From assembly GCF_004010195.1 (NCBI RefSeq), contig NC_057718.1:69083650-69141918 (forward strand): 58,269 nt of DNA, given 5' to 3'. The position numbers were made by a program, and so were the translations under genes. Below, one piece after another: positions 12,173-23,300 of the stretch. Source of the stretch: Chiloscyllium plagiosum. Lineage: Eukaryota. Position 1 is the first letter of the stretch; every line of letters starts with the position of its first letter. Below the pieces are notes generated by a model, which was given only the letters and a program-made list of their open reading frames with translations, was not told the DNA's origin and did not search any database.

Positions 12173-14199
12173 GTAATTTTAATTTTCTTCCCGCTCCCAT
12201 TCTGACCTCTTTGTACATTATTACAATCATGATCAATGGAACTTTGAGGAATAATATCTCAGCTTTCAACCAGACACTTAACCAACTTTCTGGAGTTCAA
12301 TAATTTAAAATCATATTGTTTCTCTCATTTCATGGACAGCAGTTGTTTGCAATTCATTTTTCACTCCTCTGAACCCCTTATTCATTTTTTTAATTGTCCC
12401 ACCTCCATTCAATTTTGCTTTGTAACATCATTGCTCTTGTGATTTAATCTTTCCTGTCTTTCTATATATCACCGACGCTCCTATTTGCTCTTTCCTCTCC
12501 TGCTCCCTTTCACTGCCTCTCTGTATGCTTAAAACTTTTCTGACAACATGATTGTTCCTTGCATGTCAAAGGGAAAAATGAGACTAAGATAAAATAATTT
12601 ATGCCAAATGCTGAGTGTAGAAAACAATTGAAAATGAATCAGAATAATCAAAAGAGTGCTGGAGGAAATTTAAAAATGGATGCTGGATGGGCAAGTAGGT
12701 CAGAGATTATAGAATTGAAATGATTGACAGAAAGCTGTAGGGAAAATAAGATTTTTTAAAAAGAGGGTGATGAAAGCAGATTCCAAACAAACTTTCTAAA
12801 GACACGAAAGCTAATTTTCATGATGACTGTGACAAAGCTGTAATATGGAATTCAATGGGAGAGCTCTTTCAGCAAGCCAACACAAGGAGGATGTGCTGAA
12901 TGACCTTTTTTTGAGTTGTACTAATCTTTGATTCGAAATTATCTAGAAATATAAAATGAATTACTGCTCTGAGTATTCATAACTAAAGACCATACAATTT
13001 TACAGTTTCAATGTTATTTTTTCCAAACTGGCAACTGTAGTTATTTCACATTTGATTAATGACCATGTATTCCATTCCATAACACTGAATGTTTTCCTGT
13101 CTTCAGAGCTGTTCATGGAAATATTCTTCAAATTTGGCAGTGGCAGGCAGTTCAGTTAACAGTTTTCCTGGAGGTTGACAGATTGTGCCTTGCAGCAACT
13201 TTATAATCTTAACTATAAAGAAGATGTATATCTATACATAGTACTTTTCTACACCCCCATGTTATTCCAAAAGTGATTATGGCAAATAAACTTTCAAAAT
13301 ACCCACTATTGTTATGTAAGCAAACACATAGCCTAGTGGCACGCTGCAAATGAGATAAATGACCAGATAATGAGGTAGAAATCACTTCACATCTCACAAA
13401 ACTTTAGCACATGAATTCAGCATTTGAGTTGTAAATGTCTCAAACTATTCTTACTGAAAGTGCATTCAAAAAGTGACCACCATCATATTGATTTTTCTGA
13501 GCATTGGGTCAGAAGATGCATACTTGGCCTTGGAGTTTCAACACTCCCTAAATGGGTAGTAGAGGTAGGAACCTCAAGACGTTAACATATTTAGATATAC
13601 ACTTGAAATGCTATGGCATACATGGCTACAGGCCAACTACTGGTAAATGCTTTCAGAATAGATGGTAGACATGGACACCATAGACCAAAGGTATCATTCC
13701 CTCTAAGCTGCACATCTATGCTTGTGTGCAGATAGTTTGGTTTCAAAAGTTGCTGCTGCCTTCAATGCCAATGCAGTCAATAAGAAACTTAGAATGAACA
13801 TTGCTGAAGAGGCTTTTTCTGTGCTGTAAATTCTTGATGACAGCTACAAGTTCCCATACAAGCTGGTGTCAGCATCACTAATGGGAAATATTGCTCATTG
13901 TCAGCCTCATTAACTGTAATTCTTGCGTTGTTTATATGTACGTCTCAGTCCCACCATCCACTACAAAGAAAACAGTTATTAAGAATTCCTGAGATCCTGA
14001 CATGAGAATCTGAGCGATTTAAGCTGACCGCTTGCTTCTGTACATCACCATCTTGTACACGTGCAACAGAATTTCAGAACACACAGGTGGGCAGCAGTTA
14101 CAAGCACCCTCTCATGTATGATTGTAGTATCTGACATGTGCCAGCCTCACCACAACAATCCTACCTTTTAGCAGAATAACCCTCAGCCAGAGGGCTGAC

Positions 14200-14730
14200 A
14201 GTAGTTGTATATTGCCTTGTCATTTAGCACACACACAAAGCCAGGATGTTTGTCATGGCCAGTTCGAGTCAAGAGAGATAACGTTCAGCTAGGGGATCCC
14301 AGCACAATAAGTCAAGGGCAGCCTCTGATACCAATATGGGGCTTGGACATGGCCAATTGGTAGTTTGAGGTTGTCATGTGAGGATCTTCTTCTTGTGAGG
14401 GGTGAGAAGTCAAATCTCGAGCAGCGTGACAACAACTGTGGCTCTTCCAGCTTTATTGTTGGCTTTTTACTCCTGCTATGAGAGAAAAGAGGTATTAAGG
14501 GAGATGAAGGTGACTGACAAAACTGTTAGCGGTGGTCCAGGTCAGGAAAATATGTTGAGGCATTTTGAGTGAATAGACAGTGCAGGGAGCATACAGGGTT
14601 AGCTGTGTGAGGAGGTTGAGGAGGGCAAGATGAGTGAGGGAAGATGCTGTATGCAACAGTGAAAGTGAATAGAATATGAGTCTTGGTGGGTGTATTGGAG
14701 AGATAAAAGCAAGTGCAAGATATGGAAGAA
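14200..14730 (-). pseudogene. Decayed Harbinger-associated Myb/SANT-like gene (second exon plus upstream intron)
   Basis: Pyrimidine tract and CAG acceptor ending at 14473, then E*KANNKAGRATVVVTLLEI*LLTPHKKKIL. This parallels the exon starting at 40292 and the EKxAHN..TGGG..IRxLTP motif of Harbinger Myb proteins. Confidence 0.45.
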
Positions 14731-14734
14731 TAAC

Positions 14735-15360
14735 CAGTGGCACTAATCCACACAGATTATTTGAAATAAAATTAATGTGTTAACAACTAAAATAGAGACA
14801 AGTGGACATGATTTAGTGAAAGATATTGAAATGTGGTTGCAGGAAGATAAGATTTGAGAATTGAATATCCAAGTGTAATCCCTGTTTTGAAAGGACACAT
14901 GAGAAGGAAAAGGATGTTGTGTAGCATTGTTAGTAAAGGAAGATATCAGAGCTGTCGTAAGAAATGAAATCAATATTGAAGATCAAGACTTAGAATCAGT
15001 CTGGGTAGAACTAAGAAATAGCAAGGCAAAAAGTCTCTGGTGGGATTAATCTGTAAATCCTAAATAGATGTCCTGTAGTGGGGCACGATATAAACTAGAA
15101 AATACTGGGGGCTTGTAAGAATGGTACAGCAATAATCAAGGGTGATTTTAATATGCAAGTAGACAGCATTAATCAAAGTGGCAAGGATAGCCCTGAGGGA
15201 GTGTTCATTGCATATATTAAAGATTGTTTCTTGGAACGATATGTTGTGGAATCAACCAGGGATCAGGCTATTTTGGATGTGATATTGTGTAGTAAGGTGG
15301 AATTAATTAATGAGCTCACAGTAAAGGATCCTCTCAGGAAGAGTGATCAAAGCATGATGA
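14735..15360 (+). mobile_element. CR1 LINE ORF2 APE endonuclease fragment
   Basis: GDFN motif immediately before ORF 15153-15371 (..FLERYVVESTRDQAILDVILC..DPLRKSDQSM). Confidence 0.8.
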
Positions 15361-15894
15361 CACTGTACTAACTTATGTGTTGCTTCCAGGCAACTCTTCA
15401 TCCTCTGAGGACTTTATATCTTCTTAAACAGTAAAGCAAGAAAGGGAGAAGGGTAACCAAAAACTGAGAAATGTCTAAAGAAACAATTGTACTTCAACAT
15501 GTTCAGTGTGGGTGCAAAATCTTACTGATACAGGAGAGATTATAAGATATCAAAGAGCTTGCAGGACATGCCTTCCAAAGGCTACTCACTATGCATCTGA
15601 CATGACACAGCTTCACTGTTTATATCACTCAAGAGAGGAGGTGAAAGAAGTACTAGTGAAATGCACAAAATGGCATTTAAAGCAGATGAAGGTGGAGTGA
15701 AATGTACTGCAATAAATAGAGAGAAATGCTGTTCCTCCGGAGGCAGAAAGATGAGTTCGAGGACTTCAGGTAGTGCAAAGTTAAACAAGGATCAGTATAA
15801 GAAATCTTATCTTAGAAATACTGGTCCAGTCATTAATCCTAACTTCCTTTACTACCTGTGCCCAATGTTGTTGAGAACTTTATGGGATACATTT

Positions 15895-16008
15895 TAAGCA
15901 CAGCAGATAAGGCAGTATCTGAGGAGCAAGAAAATCAATGTTTCGGGCATAAGCTGCCCTGACCTGCTGTGCCTTTTCCAGCACCACTCTAATCTTGACT
16001 CCTGATCT
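15895..16008. mobile_element. Small fold-back PLE-derived fragment
   Basis: GTTTCGGGCATAAG is followed by the inverted CTGACCTGCTGTGCCTTTTCCAGCACCACTCTAATCTTGACT. Same family as 41652-41878. Confidence 0.6.
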
Positions 16009-16385
16009 GAAGGCCTCACGCCTGGTTTTTAGCAGGTTCTGTATGACCTGATTCATCCAGGATTTCCTGTTGGGGAACACCTGATTGACTTCCTCAGTAT
16101 ACAGTCCTCCACACACTTGCTGATAAAGTCTGTGACAGTGGTGGTGTACTTGTCACAGGTATTTGCGGACTGTTTGAATTTGGCCCAATCAGCCAATTCC
16201 AGACAGCACCAGGGTTGATCCTCTGCCTCTTCCAATCAGCATTGGACCTGTATCTGTGAAGGGGTCTCCTGCTTGAGCTTTTGCCTATAAGCCGGGAGAA
16301 GAAACACGGCTTGTAGTTGGAGTTCCCGAAATGAGGGCGGGGGATGGAGCGGTAGGCATCCTTCACAGTTGTAGCAATGTAACAA
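16005..16385 (-). mobile_element. Rex1/Babar-clade LINE fragment (endonuclease C-terminal region)
   Basis: Frameshifted peptides VKDAYRSIPRPHFGNSN, CLELADWAKFK..YTTTVTDFISKCVEDCI and FPNRKSWMNQ. Confidence 0.7.
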
Positions 16386-16487
16386 ATCCTTTGGTATAAT
16401 CCATCATTCAAGATAGAACTCCACTATAAAGCCCATAATCCAGTCTAATATACTCCAACACTAATAGTCTGGCAAATACTTTGCATC

Positions 16488-16698
16488 AAAAACATCTTCC
16501 AACAAAATCATCTCCAAGAAAATCATCTTCCAATAAAACCCCCTCCAATAACATTATCTACCAACAAATCCTCTTCAGTAACACCATCCTGTAATAAAAT
16601 CCTATCCAATAATACCATCTTCCAATAATATTTTCACCAATGCTACTATTTCCATTAAACTCTTCTCCAATAATACCATGTTCCAACAAAATCCTCCC
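16488..16698 (+). repeat. Degenerate minisatellite, ~16-17 bp unit (AAWAYCATCTTCCAAY-like), about a dozen copies
   Basis: Recurrent ..CATCTTCCAA(C/T)AA.. and ..TCCAATAA.. motifs at ~16-bp spacing. Confidence 0.75.
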
Positions 16699-17269
16699 TG
16701 TTATGAAGATGTTTTATTGGAGACATTAATTTGCAATATCATTTCACGTTGCATATCTTGGCCTTTTGGAAAGAAAACTTTGCAAAGGAAAGGCAGCTAG
16801 CTGCAGCAAGGTAGAATGTTGCATTTGTAAAGAATGCAAGTTCCTCAATTAGAGTCACTGAGAGCAGGAATTGTGGAGAGCAGTCACATGACCAGTTTGT
16901 GGATGCGGTAAAACTATTGGATTTGAACACAAGAGTCAGAGAGAATTTGTCTGTGACAACAGCATTTGCCCTCTCTCACCTTTCAATGAAACTCCTTTTA
17001 TCAAAGTTTGTAAGTTGAAAACTGACTGTAATTCCTAAAGGAGAATTTTATACCTGTAACACTGCCTCTGGAAAAGCAAAACTACAGAATAATATTCTGG
17101 ATAATCTGTGAATGAAATTTTTATTCTGAATTTAATTTCTTTTAAGTAGTTTTAAGATAAGACTGCAGAGTTTTGTATTTTCCCAGAGTGAATGGTTTTG
17201 TGTGTTAAGCATATTATTTTTGAAGGAGGGTAGTTTTATATATTTGCATTGTTTAAACCTTTTCTTAAT

Positions 17270-17461
17270 GATCTTTGCTTGCGGACATTTCTGGCTAGTG
17301 CAATGTTTGTTGCATGCCCCTAATTGCCTGAGAAAAGGTGATGGTATGCTATCTTCTTGAATCATTGCAGCCCTTGGGGTACACGGTCACCTACAATTCA
17401 ATTAAGAAGGGAACTTCAGAATTTTAGCCGGGCAACACAAGAGGCACTGTGATATAATTCC
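17270..17461 (-). mobile_element. Family A LINE 3' fragment (degenerate)
   Basis: TGCCCCTAATTGCCTGAGAA..GGTGATGGT..CTTCTTGAATCATTGCAG matches 2800-2860. Confidence 0.55.
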
Positions 17462-17553
17462 TGTAGTGACTATAACAAGGTGGACATCGTAGAACATGAG
17501 TTTCCTGATTGGGGCTATTAATCCGGTCCAATCAGGAGCCTTGGCTATCAGAT

Positions 17554-18880
17554 AAAAGCAGTAGTCTTGTCACTGGCCACTCAGGTGTTTTCCTATCTTC
17601 CTGGTGGTGGAATTTGAATAAAGATTGGTGCACTTTGTGTCTTTCACTGTGTCTCACACCTGCACACACACACCATGGGTGCTGGGGATAAAATAAGCAC
17701 TACCGCACTTAGGTGGTAGTGTGGGGGTAGAAAAAAAAAAGAGAAAGAAAAAAAAGAAAAAGAAAAAAAAATATAAACAGGAGTGGGAAAAAAAAAGCAG
17801 TAGTCTTGTCACTGGCCACTCAGGTGTTTTCCTATCTTCCTGGTGGTGGAATTTGAATAAAGATTCGTGCACTTTGTGTCTTTCACTGTGTCTCCCACCT
17901 GCACACACACACCATGGGTGCTGGGGAAAAAAATAAGCACTACCGCACTTAGGTGGTAGTGTGGGGGTTAATAAAAAAATAGAAAAAAAAATACAATAAA
18001 AAAATAAAAAGAAAAATAACAGAAAAAAAAAGCAGTAGTCTTGTCACTGGCCACTCGGGTGTTTTCCTATCTTCCTGGTGGTGGAATTTGAATAAAGATT
18101 CGTGCACTTTGTGTCTTTCACTGTGTCTCCCACCTGCACACACACACCATGGGTGCTGGGAAAAAAAATAAGCACTACCACACTTAGGTGGTAGTGTGGG
18201 GGTTTAGAAAAAAAATAAAGAAAAAAAAATAAAAAAATATGAACAGGAGTGTCGCCCCAAGGTCCAAAAAAAAAGAAAAGCAGTAGTCTTGTCACTGGCC
18301 ACTCGGGTGTTTTCCTATCTTCCTGGTGGTGGAAACTGAATAAAGATTTGTGCACTTTGTGTCTTTCACATCTGCACGCATACACCATGGGTGCTGGGGA
18401 AAAAATAAGCACTACTGCGGTTAGGCGGTAGTGCGGGAGTTAAAATAAAAAAAATTTTAAAAATAAATGGAGAGAAGGGCAGTGCTTGTCACTGGCCACT
18501 CGGGTGTTTTTCCCTTTTGAGAGTTGGAAAAAAGAAAAAAAAAGAGGATGGGGGCATGGGGTGGACCGAGAACTGGAAGGTGGGTAGGGGCGGGCTGCCT
18601 TAGAGTGGTCGGAAGTGGGTCTGTATTGTCTGCACTTTTGTATGTAACAGTACTGTCTAATGTACAACTGTCATTGCTGAAAAAAAAATAGTAGAGTCTG
18701 TCACTGGCTACCTGGGTGTTTCTTTTCTTCCTGGTAGTGGAAATTGAATAAAGATTCGTGCACCTTGTGTCTTTCACTGTGTCTTACACCTGCACACACA
18801 CAATATGGGTGCGGGGGAATAAACAAGCACTACCACAGTTAAATGATAGTGTGGGGGTAATAAAAAAAAGACAAAAAAAG
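17554..18880 (+). repeat. Head-to-tail array of five poly(A)-tailed units (probable 3' ends of a non-LTR retroelement)
   Basis: GCAGTAGTCTTGTCACTGGCCACT starts at 17558, 17797, 18032 and 18280. A longer, more diverged fifth unit spans ~18465-18880. Each unit has AATAAA, a terminal stem-loop and an A-rich tail. Confidence 0.9.
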
Positions 18881-19377
18881 AACAGGCTTATCAGATGTCC
18901 TGTTCACTCTGAAAACTGACTCTGAGGGAGTTGGATCAATGTCAAAGACTCTCCACATGTAAATAAAAAGCGAATTGGTTAAGGAATACTAGTCTCTTTT
19001 GAAGTATTTCAGTGGAATTGAGAGAAAAGCGTTCTGAAAATATTTCCTCACAACAGACTCTATGGGTTGGGGTAAGCATTGCTGGCACCATGCCGTTATT
19101 TGGGAAGCTTGACTCGTTCACTCCTGTTGTTGAAAACTAGGCTCAGTACGCAGAAATAATTTATTACTTCTTTCTGGGCCAATGATATTGGGGCAGATGA
19201 AAAGCAATGAGTACTTCTCCTGATAGCTTGTGGACCTACAGCCTTCTTGGTTATTAAGAGTCTAACTTTCCCTGAGGCATCAGATACTAAAACCTGCCAA
19301 GAGTTGAAGGATTAAATTAAGGAATATTAAAACCCCAACCCTTCTCTAATTTGAGGCACAATCAGGTTTACTCAACA

Positions 19378-19912
19378 ATTTGATTTGATTTACTATAGTC
19401 ACATGTACCTAGGTACAGAGAAAAACTTTGTTTTGTGAACAGTTCAGGCACATCATAGCAAACAAGAGCAGACAGATCATATGGTGCTCAGATAGAGTGA
19501 GGCCTACAGGTTACAAGTGCACAGGAGATGCGTAAAGCAAGATCAACATTATTTGAAGTTAGAAAGGCCATTCAGCAGTCTAACAACAGCAGGGAAGGAA
19601 CTGTTCTTGAACCTGTTGGTGCGTGTGCTCAGGATTTTGTATCTTTTGCTTGATGCAAGAGGCAGTAAGAGAGCATTATCAGTTTGGGAGGGGTCTTTGA
19701 TGATGTTGGCAGCCTTTCTGCAGCAATGGGGAGTGTAAATGGAGTCCATGGATCGGAGGTAGGCTTCCATGAAGGTCTGGGCTGTGCACACAACCTTCTG
19801 TAGTTTCTTATGATCCTGAGCAGAGCAGTTGCCATACCAGGCTATTGTGCACCCAGATAGTATACTTTCTAGGGTGCATCAATAAAAGTTGGTGAGGGTC
19901 CCTACGCACATG
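19378..19912 (-). mobile_element. Rex1/Babar-clade LINE 3' end inserted in Gypsy gag
   Basis: ORF 19549-19791 reads RKAANIIKDPS..RYKILSTRTNRFKNSSFPAVVRLLN; short tandem tail TTTGATTTGATTT. Confidence 0.8.
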
Positions 19913-19952
19913 TGGAATCTATTTCAGAATTTTTGTCTAGGTTAAGAAGATT

Positions 19953-20264
19953 AGATTAGATTACTTACAGCGTGGCAACAGGCCCTTCGGCCCAACAAGT
20001 CCACACCGACCCTCCGAAGAGCAACCCACCTAGACCCATTCCGCTACATTTACCCCTACACCTAACACTACGGGCAATTTAGCATGGCCAATTCACCTAA
20101 CCTGCACATTTTTGGACTGTGGGAGGAAACCGGAGCACCTGGAAGAAACCCACGCAGACACTGGGAGAATGTGCAAACTCCACACAGACAGTTGCCTGAG
20201 GTGGGAATTGAACCCGGGTCTCTGGCACTGTGAGGCAGCAGTGTTAACCACTGTGTCACCCACA
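19953..20264 (-). mobile_element. Young HE1-like SINE inserted in Gypsy gag
   Basis: Full head, body and tail. AAGATT flanks both sides (19947-19952 and 20265-20270). Confidence 0.9.
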
Positions 20265-20349
20265 AAGATTGGCAGAGACATGTGACTTTGGTTTAACCTT
20301 AATGAAATGCTGAGCAACTCTTTGGTATGTAATTTTTTATTTTTCTAAA

Positions 20350-23300
20350 ACTTTCTTATTCATTTGTGGGCATTGTTGGCTGATCAGCATTTTATTGCCT
20401 GTCCCTAGTTGCCCTTGAGAAGGTGGTAGTGAGCTGCCCTCTTGAACCGCTAGAGTCAACCTGTTTTGGTTGACCCACAATGCCATGAGGGAGGGGATTC
20501 CAGGATATTGACCCAGTGATGTTGAAGGAACGATAATATATTTCGAAGTCAAAGTGGTGATTGGCTTAGAGGTGAACTTGAAGGTGCTGGTATTCCCATA
20601 TATCTGCTGCCCTTGTCCATCTAGAGGGAAGTAGTCATGGATTTGGAAGGTGCTGTTTGAGGATCTGTTGGCAATTTTCTGCAGTACCATCTTGTAGATA
20701 GCACACACCGGTGCTACTGAGTGTCAGAGGTAGAGGGAGTGGATGCTTATGGATGTAATGCCAGTCAAGTGGGCTGTTTTGTCCTGGATGGTGTCAAGCT
20801 TCTTGAGTGTTGTTGGTGCTGCATCCATCCAGGCAAGTGGGGAATATTCCATTTCACTCCTGACTTGTGCCTTGTAGATGATGAACAGGCTTTGTGGAGT
20901 CCGGAGATGAGTTATCTGCTATAGTATTCCTCCCTCTGACCCACTCATGTAACCACTATGTTTATATCGTGAGTCCTGTTGAGTTTCTGGTCAATGGTAA
21001 CCCCCAGAATGTTGACAGTGGGGGATTCAGTGATGGTAACACTATTGAATCACAAGGAGCAGTGGTCTTATTGTTGATGGTCATAGTCTGGCATTTGTGT
21101 GGCACGAATGTTACTTGCCACTTGTAAGTCCAAGCCTGGAGATCTTGTTGTATTTGAACATAGACTGCTTCAATGTGTGAGAAGTTGTGAATGGTGTAGA
21201 ATGTTATGCAATCATCAGTGACGATCCCTACCTCTGACCTTATGATGGAGGGAAGATCATTGATGAAGTAGCTGAAGATGATTGGGCCTAGGACACTAGC
21301 CTGAGGAACTCTTGAAAGAGGACCTGGATCTGAGATGACTGACCTCCAACAACCATTACCATTTTCCTATCTACCACATATGACTCCAACTAGCGGAGAG
21401 TTTGCTCCCTTTTACCCATTGATGCCAGTTTTGTTAGGGATTCTTGAATGTGGCCTTGATGTCAAGAGTTATCACTCTCACCTCACCTCTGGAATTCATT
21501 TCTTTTGTCCATGTTTGAACCAAGGCTGTAATGAGTTACGAGCTGAGTGGCCCTGGCTGAACCCAAACTGGGCATCACTGAGCAGGTTATTGCTGAGCAG
21601 GTGCTGCTTGATAGCACTGTTGATGACACCTTCCGTCACTTTACTGATGATTGAGAGTAGACTGATGAGCTGGTAAGTGGCTGGGCTGGATTTTTCCTGC
21701 TTGTTATGTACAGGACATACCTGGGAAATGTTCCACATTGTCGGGTAGATGACAGTATTGTAATTGTACAGGAATAGTTCTGGAGCATAAGTCTTCAGTA
21801 CTATTGACGGAATGATGGCAGGGCTCATAGCCTTTGCAATATCTAGTGTCTTCAACCATTTCTTGATATCATGTGGAGTGAATTGAGTTGGCTGAATACT
21901 GGTGTCTGTGTTGCTGGGGACTGCTGGAGGAGGCTGAGATGGATCATCCTCTCGGCACTTATGGCTGAAGATTGCTGTGAATGTTTCAGTCTTATCCTTT
22001 GCACTAATCTGCTCGGATCTTTGATCATTGAGGATAGGGATATTTGTGAAGACTCTTCCTCCAGTGAATTGTTTAATTATGCACCACCATTTATGACTGA
22101 ATGTGGCAGGACTGCAGAGCTTACATCTGATCCTTTGGTTGTGGGATAGCTTAGCTCTGTCGATCACTGGCTGCTTATGCTGTTTGGCATGCAAGTAGTC
22201 CTGGTGGGTATCTTCACCAGGTTAACACCTCATTTTCAGATATGCCTTGGTGCTGCTCCTGACATGCACCCTGCACTCACCATTGAACCAGGGTTGATTC
22301 CATGGTTTGATGGCGATGACTGAGTAGGGGACATGCCGGGCCAAAAGATTACAGATTGTGCTAAGGTACAATTCTGCTATTGTTAACAGCCCACAGCAAC
22401 TCAATGATGCCCAGTCTTGAGTTGTCAGATCTGTTTGAAGTCTGTCCCATTTAGCATAGTGATAGTGCTGCACAACTCTATGGGAGTTATTATTAATTTG
22501 AAGATGGGACTTTGTCTCCACAAGGACTGTGCAGTGGTCACCCTCATCAATACTGCCATGGACAGATGCATCTGCAGTTGGAAGTTTGATAAGGATGAGG
22601 TCAAGTATGTTTTTCTCTCTTGTCGGTTTCCTCATCACCTGCTTCAGGAACAGTCATGTCCTTTAGGACCCGACCAACTCGGTTGTATTACTGCCAAGCC
22701 AGTCTTGGTGGTGGACATTGAAATCCCTCACCCAGAGAACATTTTGTGTCCTTGCCATCCTCAGTGCTTTCTCCAACTGTTATTCAACATGGAAGAGTAC
22801 TGATTCATCAACTAAGGGAGGATGGTATGTGATAATCAATAGAAGGTTTTCTTGTTCATGTTTAACCTGAAGCCATGAGAATTCATGTTGTCAGTGTTGA
22901 TGACTCCCATGACAACTCCCTCTTGACTGTATATCACTATGCTGCCACCTCTGCTGGGTCTATCCTGCTGGTGAACAGGACATATCCAGGATGGTGATGG
23001 TGGGGTTTGGGACATTATCTGTAAGATCGTATTCCATGAGTACGATTATGTCAGGCTGTTGCTTGACTTGTTTGTGAGACAGCTCTCCCAATTTGGCACT
23101 ATCGCCCTGATGTTCGTAAAGGGGACTTTGCAGGTCGACAGGGCTGTTTCTGCTGTTGTGTTTTCCAGTGCCTAGGACAATGCTCGGTGGCTGGTCCAGT
23201 TTAATTTCTTTGTTAAGATTTCGTAGCAAATAATACAACTGAGCGGCTTGCTAGGCCATTTCAGAGGGCAGATAACAGTCTAATACATTGCTGTTGGTGT

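Larger units (their letters stand above)
11130..12330 (+). mobile_element. Degenerate Penelope-like GIY-YIG remnant interrupted by two SINEs
   Basis: Reads FNCTFFNLVY before the SINE at 11475 and resumes IQCSECELLY after 11778. This parallels TCTSSNLVYYICCTQYSLLHIGE of the PLE at 31911. Confidence 0.55.
17462..20335 (+). mobile_element. Gypsy LTR retrotransposon remnant: short 5' LTR (17462-17553 plus ~18879-19011) and decayed gag, interrupted three times
   Basis: TG start at 17462, CCAAT at ~17528, AATAAA at ~18962 and CA end at 19011. ATG 19090 reads MPLFGKLDSF..ANDIGADEKQ*VLLLIACGP. The frame resumes ESISEFLSRLRRL at ~19915 and AETCDFG at ~20272. Confidence 0.8.

Noticed and set aside
11975..12303. 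Recurrent short ORFs of the type MVAQWLALLPHSARDPGSIP, and tRNA gene calls
   Set aside because: These are translations of the HE1 SINE head. The A/B boxes are SINE-derived, with no complete cloverleaf.
14323..14333. TGGTATCAGAG (minus) resembling a tRNA-Met primer-binding site
   Set aside because: No adjacent LTR end or gag. The motif is typical of plant elements, and an 11-mer is weak evidence alone.
17554..18880. CRISPR-like array or coding repeats (K-rich and F-rich ORFs)
   Set aside because: Units are ~200-bp or longer with poly(A) tails in eukaryotic DNA and there are no cas genes. The ORFs are translations of A/T runs.
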